Source of the DNA: a virus
Taxonomy: Duplodnaviria > Heunggongvirae > Uroviricota > Caudoviricetes
DNA: 64,000 bases
IMG/VR virus record: IMGVR_UViG_2609460125_000009
Reading direction: 5' to 3' (one strand)
Shown here: positions 18,074-26,588 of the stretch, piece after piece
How positions within the stretch are numbered: the stretch's first letter is position 1
How the letters are laid out: every line of letters starts with the position of its first letter
The notes under the pieces: model-generated
The model's database searches: none
What the model was told of the DNA's origin: nothing
Seen by the model: only the letters and a program-made list of their open reading frames with translations
Translations under genes and position numbers: made by a program

Positions 18074-19648
18074 ATGGAATTGAACGACAAACAAATTAAG
18101 GATCTGGTGGCGCGACGCCACCCGGAATACGAAAAGAAAAAAGAACATTGGGACTTCCTCGCCAGCACTTACGCTGGCGGGCGTGGTTGGTTTACAGACA
18201 ATATCTTTCGTTACTTTAAAGAGGGAGATCAGGAGTTTAAGGAGCGAGTTGAACGTGCTTATCGCTTCAACCACACTCGTGAGGTGGTAAACCTCATCAA
18301 CAAATATCTCTTTAAAGAAGACATTCATAGAAATATCGAAGAGGCACCAGAGCAGATCCGCAATTTCTGGAAACGTGCGACTCGCCAGAATGCCTCTATT
18401 GACTCATTTATGGCCGCTATTGATTTGCAGTCGTCTATTTACGGTCGCATATGGGTTGTTGTCGATAGCACGATGAGTGGTGATGTTGAGTCAGTAGCTG
18501 ACGAGAAAAAGAAAGATGCTCGCGCCTACGCCTACTGGATTTCACCTCAGCAAATGCTGGATGTGGCATGGGACGACGACGGGAATATGTTGTGGGCGTT
18601 AATTGTGGAAGTCGCTCGTGATGACGCAGATCCTTTTACTTCTACAGGTCAGGAATACCAACGTTATCGTCTGTGGACACAAAACGAGTGGTATCTGTTC
18701 CGTGAGGAAGTGAAGAAGGGCGCTGGTGGAGCAGGTCGCCGTCAGGCAAAAGTTATTTTAGAGGATAGCGGTGAGCATAATCTCGGCGTAGTTCCTGTGT
18801 TTCCTGTTGATTGTATTGGAGAAAGTGAATCACCGTATTTCAGCCCATCGTTGATCGATGATATCGCTTATCTTGATCGTGCGGTTGCAAACTATCTGTC
18901 AAACCTTGATGCCATTATTCAGGATCAGACATTTAGCCAGTTGGCTATACCGGTACAGTCGCTTTTACCTGGTGATGAAAACCACACTAAAGTGCTTGAA
19001 ATGGGCACAAAGCGAGTCTTCACCTACGATTCTGAAGGCGGAAACCAGCCGTTTTATCTGTCACCAGACCCGAAACAAGCTCAGATGATCATCACTACGA
19101 TTAAGACGGTGATTAACGAAATCTACCATTCAGTTGGTGTAGCTGGTGAGCGAACGAAGCAGGACAACGCACAGGGAATCGATAATTCATCTGGTGCCGC
19201 AAAAATGTATGACTTCCAGCGTGTAAATAGCTTGCTTGTCACAAAAGCAGAGCGTCTGGAAAGGGCTGAACGCCAAATCATGCTACTGGTTGCGAAATGG
19301 ATGGGGGTAGATCTGGACGAAGACCACTCTTTAATTGCGTATCCAGAAAGTTTCGATATTCGTGGCCTTACTGATGAATTTTCTGTTGCCGAGAAACTGT
19401 CATTACTTCAGGCACCGGACTCTGTACGTCGTCACCAGATGGAAATGCTTATTGAGAAGATTTTCCCGAACATTACTGAGGCGATGAAAAAGGAATTTGA
19501 TAAAGATCTCTTGAATTTTCCTCCAAAAAATGATCTAAATACCCTTGAAAATAAGTCAGTACTTACTTATGATCGTGGTGCAGCCCAAGAAAGCGGGCAA
19601 GATCAACCCCGAGGGAATGGGGACTCATCTACTCAAGAGAACGAGTGA
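18074..19648 (+). CDS. portal protein (putative)
   Basis: 524 aa directly after terminase large subunit. Confidence 0.65.
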   Translation: MELNDKQIKDLVARRHPEYEKKKEHWDFLASTYAGGRGWFTDNIFRYFKEGDQEFKERVERAYRFNHTREVVNLINKYLFKEDIHRNIEEAPEQIRNFWKRATRQNASIDSFMAAIDLQSSIYGRIWVVVDSTMSGDVESVADEKKKDARAYAYWISPQQMLDVAWDDDGNMLWALIVEVARDDADPFTSTGQEYQRYRLWTQNEWYLFREEVKKGAGGAGRRQAKVILEDSGEHNLGVVPVFPVDCIGESESPYFSPSLIDDIAYLDRAVANYLSNLDAIIQDQTFSQLAIPVQSLLPGDENHTKVLEMGTKRVFTYDSEGGNQPFYLSPDPKQAQMIITTIKTVINEIYHSVGVAGERTKQDNAQGIDNSSGAAKMYDFQRVNSLLVTKAERLERAERQIMLLVAKWMGVDLDEDHSLIAYPESFDIRGLTDEFSVAEKLSLLQAPDSVRRHQMEMLIEKIFPNITEAMKKEFDKDLLNFPPKNDLNTLENKSVLTYDRGAAQESGQDQPRGNGDSSTQENE

Positions 19649-19669
19649 TAAGTAACAAAAGGAATTTTT

Positions 19670-20557
19670 ATGAATCTGTGGCAAATGCTTTTGGCCCGTC
19701 GTGGTCTGATGGATGTCGCTGAAGCGCATGAGCGTGGAGGCGCTGGCGGTGTAGCTGCTGATAATGAGCAGAGTACACAAGATCCTGATAAACAGGGTGA
19801 ACAAAAAGAGCAGCCGAAGGGCGATGACGAATACGCTGGCATGACTCAGGAAGAGTTACTGGCCGAACTTCGTAAAACCAAGAAAGCTGGTGCTGAACTG
19901 CTGAAGGAGAACATGAAGCGCAAAGAGAAAGAGCGCACATTGGCCGATCAGCTTGCTCAGTACGGTGATATCGATCCGGCTCGTGCTCGCCAGCTTTTAG
20001 AAGCTGAACAGGCCGCAGAAAACGCACGTCGTGAGGCGGAGCAAGCTGAACTGGAGCGTCGTGGTGAGTTCGATGCTGTTAAAAAACAGATGATCGAAGC
20101 ACACCAGGCAGAGCTGGCACAGCGTGACGAATGTTATGCAGCACTGGAAAGTGAAAACGCATCACTGAAATCTCAATTAGTCGAGATGACCGTGGGCGCT
20201 TCCTTCAGTAACTCTCTCTTCCTACGTGACAAAGTTCTGATGACCCCGGCAAAAGCCCGCGTGATCTACGGTTCTCATTTTGAAGTGGGTGAAGACGGTA
20301 GCGTAGTGGGTTATGACAAACCGGCAGGTCACAAAGAACGAGCTGTTCTGGTTGACGGTGAAGGTAAGCCGTTGCCGTTTGAATCCGCGATTGAACGCAT
20401 TGTGCGGGCAGATCCGGAAGCTGACGCATTGATGCGTAGCGAAGCCAAGCAGGGTGTAGGCTCACATTCCAAATCGACCTACACAATATCCCAACCGAAG
20501 AACAAGTCGACTATGGATAAGTTGGCCTCCGGTCTGGGGAAAATTGGACTTAAGTAA
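19670..20557 (+). CDS. scaffolding protein (putative)
   Basis: Charged, coiled-coil-like sequence between portal and capsid genes. Confidence 0.55.
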   Translation: MNLWQMLLARRGLMDVAEAHERGGAGGVAADNEQSTQDPDKQGEQKEQPKGDDEYAGMTQEELLAELRKTKKAGAELLKENMKRKEKERTLADQLAQYGDIDPARARQLLEAEQAAENARREAEQAELERRGEFDAVKKQMIEAHQAELAQRDECYAALESENASLKSQLVEMTVGASFSNSLFLRDKVLMTPAKARVIYGSHFEVGEDGSVVGYDKPAGHKERAVLVDGEGKPLPFESAIERIVRADPEADALMRSEAKQGVGSHSKSTYTISQPKNKSTMDKLASGLGKIGLK

Positions 20558-20582
20558 CATCTAAATCAAAGGGAATTGATAG

Positions 20583-21458
20583 ATGCCATTACTGCGTGAA
20601 GAAGCTGAAAAGCTGTCTAACAACGAACTTGAACAGGGTGTGATCGAAACTATCATCGATCGCGATGACCTGTTTGCCATCCTGCCTTTTATGAAAATTA
20701 ATTCAAAGGCATATCTGTACAACCGTGAAAAAACGCTGAGTGAAGCTACCTTCATCGACGTTAACGACACCATCCCTGAAGGTGCAGCAACCTTCGAAGA
20801 ATGCGTTGCGAAACTGCGTATTCTGGCTGGTGACGTAGACGTTGATAAATTCCTGGCGACCACTATGGCCGACACCAACAACCAGTTGGCTATTCAGGTT
20901 CGTCAGAAAGTTAAAGGTCTGGCTCGTGCGTTCCGTCGCAACCTGATTTTGGGTGACTCCAGCTCCAACAACAAGGCGTTTGACGGCATTCCACGCCTGA
21001 TGCACGCAGATCAGAAGATCGATATCGCCGGTGCATCTATGACTTTCTCTATGTTCGACGAACTGGTCGATGCGGTGAAAGATCTTGGTGCTGACTGCAT
21101 CATGATGCGTTCAGAGCACCTGCGTGCTTACCGTGCGCTGCTGCGTACAGTAAACGTAGGTCCGTCTGAAATCATGATGGAGAACTTCGGTCGTCCGATG
21201 CTGTGTCATAATGGCGTTCCGTTCATCATCAACGACTTCATCCCGACCGATGCTGGCAAAGCAAGCATCTACTGCCTGCATCTGTCAGAAGAGAACGGCG
21301 TTACTGGTCTGTATGGCGGCGATAACGCAGGTATCGTTGTTGAAAACATTGGTACTGTACAGAACAAAGACGCAGTACGTACCCGTGTGAAGTGGTACTG
21401 CTCTCTGGCGAATAAGCACGATAAGGCTATCGCTGCACTGACCAATGTAAAAATTTAA
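20583..21458 (+). CDS. major capsid protein (putative)
   Basis: Gene order; strong terminator immediately downstream. Confidence 0.65.
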   Translation: MPLLREEAEKLSNNELEQGVIETIIDRDDLFAILPFMKINSKAYLYNREKTLSEATFIDVNDTIPEGAATFEECVAKLRILAGDVDVDKFLATTMADTNNQLAIQVRQKVKGLARAFRRNLILGDSSSNNKAFDGIPRLMHADQKIDIAGASMTFSMFDELVDAVKDLGADCIMMRSEHLRAYRALLRTVNVGPSEIMMENFGRPMLCHNGVPFIINDFIPTDAGKASIYCLHLSEENGVTGLYGGDNAGIVVENIGTVQNKDAVRTRVKWYCSLANKHDKAIAALTNVKI

Positions 21459-21492
21459 TCAGTGTGATAGATAAGCAATTATCTATGTTTAA

Positions 21493-21518
21493 GGGTGGGC
21501 TATACGCCCACCCTTTTT
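21493..21518 (+). terminator. rho-independent terminator after the capsid gene
   Basis: GGGTGGGC…GCCCACCC stem followed by TTTTT. Confidence 0.7.
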
Positions 21519-21531
21519 GTAGGAGCGAGAA

Positions 21532-22452
21532 ATGCCAGAACAAAAGATGAAGATTACGGAAGAGGCATTTTCGGATTTTACGGGGCATATGTGCCGCGCC
21601 GGATTTACCAATTCTATCTCCGATGAACCTTTAACCGAGCGGCAACAAAGTCAGCTATCTGCTTGTTTGCAGGCGGTTCCCCTCTCCCAATCCGTAAACA
21701 TAACCCCGGCTTCACCGTCAGTTTTGGTTGGGAAAACTGTTCAACTTAGTGCAGGTATTAGTATGGGTAAGAGTGCCAGTTCATTCACCTGGAAGTCAGC
21801 GAATGATCAAATTGCAACCGTTAACGGCACTGGATTAGTAACTGGTGTAGCACCAGGCAAAGTAAAAATTACTGCAACTGATCAGGAAACCCAGCTTTCC
21901 GCGTCAGTGGAAGTCACCGTAAATCCGGTAGCCGTTCAATCCGTAACGGTAACGCCAGACTCAACCTCTGTTGAGAAAGGGAAATCAGTCAGTCTGAAAG
22001 CGAATGTTCAGCCGTCAAATGCGACGAATAAGGCTGTTACCTGGTCTTCAAAAAATGAAGATAAGGCAACGGTAGACCAGAGCGGGAACGTTACTGGTGT
22101 AGAAGTTGGCACTGCGACGATTGAGATCGTTTCCCAAGATGGCAGCAAAAAGGCAACTGCAACGGTGGAAGTAACTGCGCCTGTTGTGGCTGTTACCGGC
22201 GTCGAAATCGACCCAAATAGCACAACCGTTGAGGCAAACAAAACTGTTCAGCTGACCGCAAATGTCGAGCCGGCAGGAGCCACAAATAAAACCGTTACTT
22301 GGGAATCCAAAAATACCGAGTTTGCAACGGTTGACAGCGAAACCGGTGTTGTAACTGGTGTTGCGGCTGGTACTGCCACAATCGAGGTTACTACCCAAGA
22401 TGGTAGCCACAAAGCGACAGCAACTGTAGAAGTTACTGCCGCACAGGAATAA
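21532..22452 (+). CDS. Ig-like (Big_2-type) domain protein, probable capsid decoration
   Basis: Three tandem ~85-aa repeats (…VTVTP…ATNKAVTWSS…GTATIE…). Confidence 0.6.
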   Translation: MPEQKMKITEEAFSDFTGHMCRAGFTNSISDEPLTERQQSQLSACLQAVPLSQSVNITPASPSVLVGKTVQLSAGISMGKSASSFTWKSANDQIATVNGTGLVTGVAPGKVKITATDQETQLSASVEVTVNPVAVQSVTVTPDSTSVEKGKSVSLKANVQPSNATNKAVTWSSKNEDKATVDQSGNVTGVEVGTATIEIVSQDGSKKATATVEVTAPVVAVTGVEIDPNSTTVEANKTVQLTANVEPAGATNKTVTWESKNTEFATVDSETGVVTGVAAGTATIEVTTQDGSHKATATVEVTAAQE

Positions 22453-22496
22453 CCGATATTGGGCGGCTTTCGCCGCCCAAGTGGAGAGAAAGCGTT

Positions 22497-22931
22497 ATGA
22501 AACCAGCAAAAATTGTTTTATTAGAACCGCAATTTTCCGGTTATTCGGGAATGCTGTGTGGCGTTCAGTTCGAGAACGGGGTATCCGTAGCGGAGTTGCC
22601 TTTTATCGATCAGCAGAGGATTTGTGCTTCAATGCGAGCGTCAACAGTAGAGGGCAAAAATGTTTCTCCGTCTGCCGCATACAGTGATCGTGGTGAATTG
22701 ACAGCAGACCTGATTACCGAGCCAGCAGCGCCTGACATTGTGCCAATGAAACGTGGGACACCAGATGAACCGGCCAAACAGATCCAGACTTTCACACGAG
22801 AAGAACTGGAGTCAATTGCAGACAACGAAGGTATTGCCGGTCTACGAGTTATTGGTAATCAGGTTGGTGTCAAAGCGAAAGGAATTGTCGAAATGATTGA
22901 CGGCATCCTGAAAGCACAAGGTGGTGAGTAA
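22497..22931 (+). CDS. hypothetical head-completion region protein
   Basis: ORF in the head-tail joining gene block. Confidence 0.45.
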   Translation: MKPAKIVLLEPQFSGYSGMLCGVQFENGVSVAELPFIDQQRICASMRASTVEGKNVSPSAAYSDRGELTADLITEPAAPDIVPMKRGTPDEPAKQIQTFTREELESIADNEGIAGLRVIGNQVGVKAKGIVEMIDGILKAQGGE

Positions 22932-23764
22932 TGGCGCAGATCGACTCGTATCGTAGCGGTGAAGCTGTTTCTCTTTCATTTGCCTTCAACGTGCTGGATA
23001 TCGAATCTGCCACCTACACAGTAAAGGACAGCACCGGGGCTATTCTCGTTGATGGCGAGCCGCTAGAAATTACCAACGGTCAAATGTCGATTCCGGTTGT
23101 CGTGTCGGCTGAATATAACCAGCTCTCTGAGAAAGAGCGAGATCTGCGGTACGTCATTGTGAAGGCTGTTGCATCGGGTCTGACGCATGAAGAGCGGCAA
23201 ATGTATGTTCTGCTGAATAGTTTTGAACTGTCGATACCAGAACAGTCGTTTGCAACTGTCGCTGATGCTCAAATGCAGGCGATCGATATGCTGAATGGGG
23301 ACACTTTGCTGTCGGATGGTGAAGGCTTAATGCGCAAGCGTCTCATTGAGGCTACCAGACGAATTAAAACTTTACCGTTCTCAATCCGCAAAATTCTACG
23401 TATCGACTTTGACCGATACGATCGCCCTCAAAATATGCTGAATGTGTATGATATTCCGTGGGGAGCAGATGGAGCGTACCGGCATGATTTAGTCGATTGG
23501 GAAAAGATGACGCAGGAGAAGTTTGAAGAGTTCCCTGACTACTTCAAAGAAGCGTTGATGCTTGCCGTTGTCAACGAAGCGTGTGAGATCGCAAATGGCA
23601 ATGATGTAGCCGCAGCACGAGAGGATGGCATTTTGTCAGAGTCCATCGGTGAAACAACCAACATGTACCGTACCGGTAAAGCTGCAAACGTGCATGTGGC
23701 TCGTAGTACCTGGCGCTTGCTGGTCAGTTACATCAACAACCGTATGATTGTTCGCCGTGCGTAA
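22931..23764 (+). CDS. hypothetical head-tail connector region protein
   Basis: ORF; start overlaps the upstream stop. Confidence 0.45.
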   Translation: MAQIDSYRSGEAVSLSFAFNVLDIESATYTVKDSTGAILVDGEPLEITNGQMSIPVVVSAEYNQLSEKERDLRYVIVKAVASGLTHEERQMYVLLNSFELSIPEQSFATVADAQMQAIDMLNGDTLLSDGEGLMRKRLIEATRRIKTLPFSIRKILRIDFDRYDRPQNMLNVYDIPWGADGAYRHDLVDWEKMTQEKFEEFPDYFKEALMLAVVNEACEIANGNDVAAAREDGILSESIGETTNMYRTGKAANVHVARSTWRLLVSYINNRMIVRRA

Positions 23765-23843
23765 CGCCAGTCGCATTATTTACTTTTGGTCTAAAGGGTT
23801 TTTGGCCAGTAATGAGAGCGACCGACAACAACAGGGAGAGAGC

Positions 23844-24188
23844 ATGAATATTTCATGGCAAACAGAAATTGCGCTCTACCGCTTTGGCGCAAAGAACGTT
23901 TACGGTGAGGCGCAATTACAATTCGTCAGGAAGACGAATGTCGGCGTGGTTAAGTTCGAACAGAGTAATGAGAAATCGTCAGTTCGTGCTGATAGCTCTG
24001 GTAGTCGTGGTAAGGCGAGTCTGGAGCTGTTTGATGCTGTGTTAGTTGTCCCTTTAGAAGCGGCTGTACAACTTGATGATGTACTGATCCTTGAAGGTCA
24101 AAAATTAAAGGTGTCCAGTGTTCATCGCCGCTGGGGGCTACGAGGAAGACCTGGGCATCTTGAAGTAGGGGCGAATATATGGGTCTGA
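23844..24188 (+). CDS. hypothetical head-tail joining protein
   Basis: ATG with GGGAGAGAG RBS. Confidence 0.45.
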   Translation: MNISWQTEIALYRFGAKNVYGEAQLQFVRKTNVGVVKFEQSNEKSSVRADSSGSRGKASLELFDAVLVVPLEAAVQLDDVLILEGQKLKVSSVHRRWGLRGRPGHLEVGANIWV

Positions 24189-24652
24189 AATACGATGCGC
24201 ATCAGTTCAAACGTGCGGGGAATAGACTCAACAACAGCCAGAAAGCATTTAAGCGATATCTTATTCGGGACATGGAAAAGCTGGCGCGTTTGGTTGAGCG
24301 CCTCAGCCGTGCAATGGCCCCGCTGGAAACCGGATCTCTGGAGACAGCCATCTTTGCCAGGGTGATTAAAGAAGGTTATTCAGGGCTGCGCATTGAGCTT
24401 TCTGTGTCTGGAGCAAAACCACGTCAGGGGCATCCGGGCGTAGAAGTCGGTGACTATGCTAAGTACATGGAGCTGGGTAAATACCGACTCGGTTATCTTT
24501 CTCGAATGAAGAACGTGACAAACCCACCAATTGCCGGTGTTAAACCTCGTGTTGGGCCGCACTTTCTGGAAAGAGCGGTGGAAATTAGCGAGAAGCAGTT
24601 CTCAGAAGCGATTCTTGAGGCTGCCAGAAAAGCCGGTTTTACGAGAGGTTAA
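24179..24652 (+). CDS. hypothetical tail-completion region protein
   Basis: ORF in the expected position. Confidence 0.45.
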   Translation: MGLKYDAHQFKRAGNRLNNSQKAFKRYLIRDMEKLARLVERLSRAMAPLETGSLETAIFARVIKEGYSGLRIELSVSGAKPRQGHPGVEVGDYAKYMELGKYRLGYLSRMKNVTNPPIAGVKPRVGPHFLERAVEISEKQFSEAILEAARKAGFTRG

Positions 24653-24653
24653 T

Positions 24654-25037
24654 GTGTTTATCGAAGCGTTTGCAAGTTTGATGCAGAAGGCAAAGATTGG
24701 CACGGTCGGGGCTGACATTTTCTGTCACTACTTGCCTGCCAATGTGAAATCTGGCGTCCTGCTTATTAACCCAAATACCGGCATCAGCATCGATCATGAG
24801 CTACAGGGCTTTTATCACGAATCATTCACAATCATTGTGCGTGGTTCGTCAATTACTACGACGGTTGAGAAAGCCAATAAAATCATTGAGATGTTTCCAG
24901 TAGAGGAAACGGAATCTGGTGGTGTGTATTTTCGACTTGTACGACCGATGGCGATGCCAATCATTTATCCCAAAAATGATGGGGCATTAATAGAAGCAGG
25001 CATTCCTGTTGAATTTGCTGGCTATTTATTGAATTAA
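24654..25037 (+). CDS. hypothetical tail terminator/completion protein (GTG start)
   Basis: GTG with GAGAGG RBS immediately after the previous stop; alternative ATG at 24681. Confidence 0.4.
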   Translation: MFIEAFASLMQKAKIGTVGADIFCHYLPANVKSGVLLINPNTGISIDHELQGFYHESFTIIVRGSSITTTVEKANKIIEMFPVEETESGGVYFRLVRPMAMPIIYPKNDGALIEAGIPVEFAGYLLN

Positions 25038-25045
25038 CTCAATTG

Positions 25046-25061
25046 GTAAGTATATACTTAC
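25046..25061. promoter_or_regulatory. motif family 2 palindrome GTAAGTATATACTTAC
   Basis: Perfect inverted repeat ~50 bp upstream of the major tail gene. Confidence 0.5.
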
Positions 25062-25111
25062 TATTAGCGCAATGAATGCGTAGAATTAACGGAAAAAGGA
25101 GTTTTCCATCA

Positions 25112-25858
25112 ATGTCTAATACCCATGTAAAAAACATCAAACTTGGTGCCTGTAAGGTGTCGTTTGGTGGTGTGGATTTGGGTTACACCAAAGGTGGTGT
25201 TCAGGTTGAAGTAGCCACTGAAACGCTGAAAGTCACCGTCGATCAGTTGGGGCAGACCGTAATTTCCGAATTAGTTCAGGGGCGCAACATTACCATCACC
25301 GCGCCTCTGGCTGAGTCTGTACTCCAAAACATGGTTGACCTGATGCCTGGTTCTACTCTGAGCGAAGATGACAACTCTGTCACGATCACATCTGCACAGG
25401 GCGTTAACCTGATTGATGTGGCGAAGGAGCTGGTTCTGACTCCGCAGGACACCACCGACTATGTGTTGACCATCCCGAAAGCGGCAACCGCGGGCAACTT
25501 CACTATGACCTACCAGTCTGATGATGTTCGTGTGTTCTCTGTTCAGTTCAGTGCGTACCCTGATGACGAAGGCGTTCTTGGAAGAATGAGCGGCCCTAAA
25601 CCGGTAAAAACTGTGTCGATAGCACCGGAATCTCCAACCGTAAAAGCTGGAGAAACTGTGCAACTGACAGCCGAAATCACTCCAGCTGATGCCGCAGACA
25701 AAACCGGTGTTTGGGAATCCGAAGACCAGGAAAAGGCCACGGTAGATCAAACGGGTCTGGTACGTGGTGTGGCGCAGGGTTCTACAAATATCTCCTTCAC
25801 CAGCAATAGCGGTGGTAAGAAGGCAACTAAATCAGTAACGATTAACCCCGCAGATTAA
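25112..25858 (+). CDS. major tail protein with C-terminal Ig-like domain
   Basis: Position upstream of chaperone and tape measure; C-terminal Big_2-like segment. Confidence 0.65.
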   Translation: MSNTHVKNIKLGACKVSFGGVDLGYTKGGVQVEVATETLKVTVDQLGQTVISELVQGRNITITAPLAESVLQNMVDLMPGSTLSEDDNSVTITSAQGVNLIDVAKELVLTPQDTTDYVLTIPKAATAGNFTMTYQSDDVRVFSVQFSAYPDDEGVLGRMSGPKPVKTVSIAPESPTVKAGETVQLTAEITPADAADKTGVWESEDQEKATVDQTGLVRGVAQGSTNISFTSNSGGKKATKSVTINPAD

Positions 25859-25871
25859 TCAGTAATTAAGC

Positions 25872-25897
25872 AGAGGCTCAGGATGGGCCTCTCTTTT
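25872..25897 (+). terminator. rho-independent terminator after the major tail gene
   Basis: AGAGGC…GCCTCT stem followed by TTTT. Confidence 0.6.
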
Positions 25898-25913
25898 AAA
25901 AGGATTTTAACCA

Positions 25914-26231
25914 ATGACCAAATTACTCGATCTAGATTCCATTCTGCCTCCGAAGAAAAGCATCAAATTTGGCGGTCAGGAATATCCCATCGTTGAAATG
26001 ACGGTAGGTCTGTTCGTTTCCATCAAGCAGATGGAAGGCAAAGATCTCATGAACATGTCTCCTGTTGAGCAAGTGACAGCTTATGCAGATCTGGTTCGTA
26101 AGGTTATCCCTTCAGTACCTGACGAAGTTCTTGAAAAACTGACTGTTCCGCAACTCCAGCAGATCTTCACCTTCGCTATGGAAGTGATTGATGAAGAAAA
26201 CGAAAAAGCGGCTGGCGAAGGGGCAAAGTAA
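25914..26231 (+). CDS. tail assembly chaperone (lambda G-like position)
   Basis: Small acidic ORF directly upstream of the tape measure gene. Confidence 0.55.
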   Translation: MTKLLDLDSILPPKKSIKFGGQEYPIVEMTVGLFVSIKQMEGKDLMNMSPVEQVTAYADLVRKVIPSVPDEVLEKLTVPQLQQIFTFAMEVIDEENEKAAGEGAK

Positions 26232-26311
26232 TTTCCCGCGATGAATCCGGGACAAGGACCGTCTCAATAGATCTCGGATTCTATTTCAGTCGTGTAGTTG
26301 CTCACTACGCC

Positions 26312-26581
26312 GTGTCGCCATTAGAGCTACTGAACGTTCCTCTCACGATGTTCTGGATGCTCAGTCGCAATATAGACCGTCTGCGTGCGGAAGAGGATGT
26401 CCGCAACTTACAAGTCGCTCGTGCGTCCCAGGCGGATGGCGAGGCTGTGAAGGCGTTCATGGAGGGTTTGCAACTCAGGATTGGAAGACCAGTCGTAACA
26501 GATAAAGTCTACGATCCAAGCCAGGATAAGGCAGACCCTGACGCCAAAGAGCAACTGATGCAAATATTTGGCAGAGGATGA
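26312..26581 (+). CDS. tail assembly chaperone extension (lambda T-like position); mode of expression unresolved
   Basis: ORF in the -1 frame relative to the upstream chaperone gene; -1 frame is open from 26195. Confidence 0.35.
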   Translation: MSPLELLNVPLTMFWMLSRNIDRLRAEEDVRNLQVARASQADGEAVKAFMEGLQLRIGRPVVTDKVYDPSQDKADPDAKEQLMQIFGRG

Positions 26582-26588
26582 CAAGGGA

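Noticed and set aside
26195-26229. A canonical programmed -1 slippery heptamer for a chaperone fusion
   Set aside because: No X-XXY-YYZ heptamer is in frame in the overlap; only a possibility of non-canonical recoding is reported.
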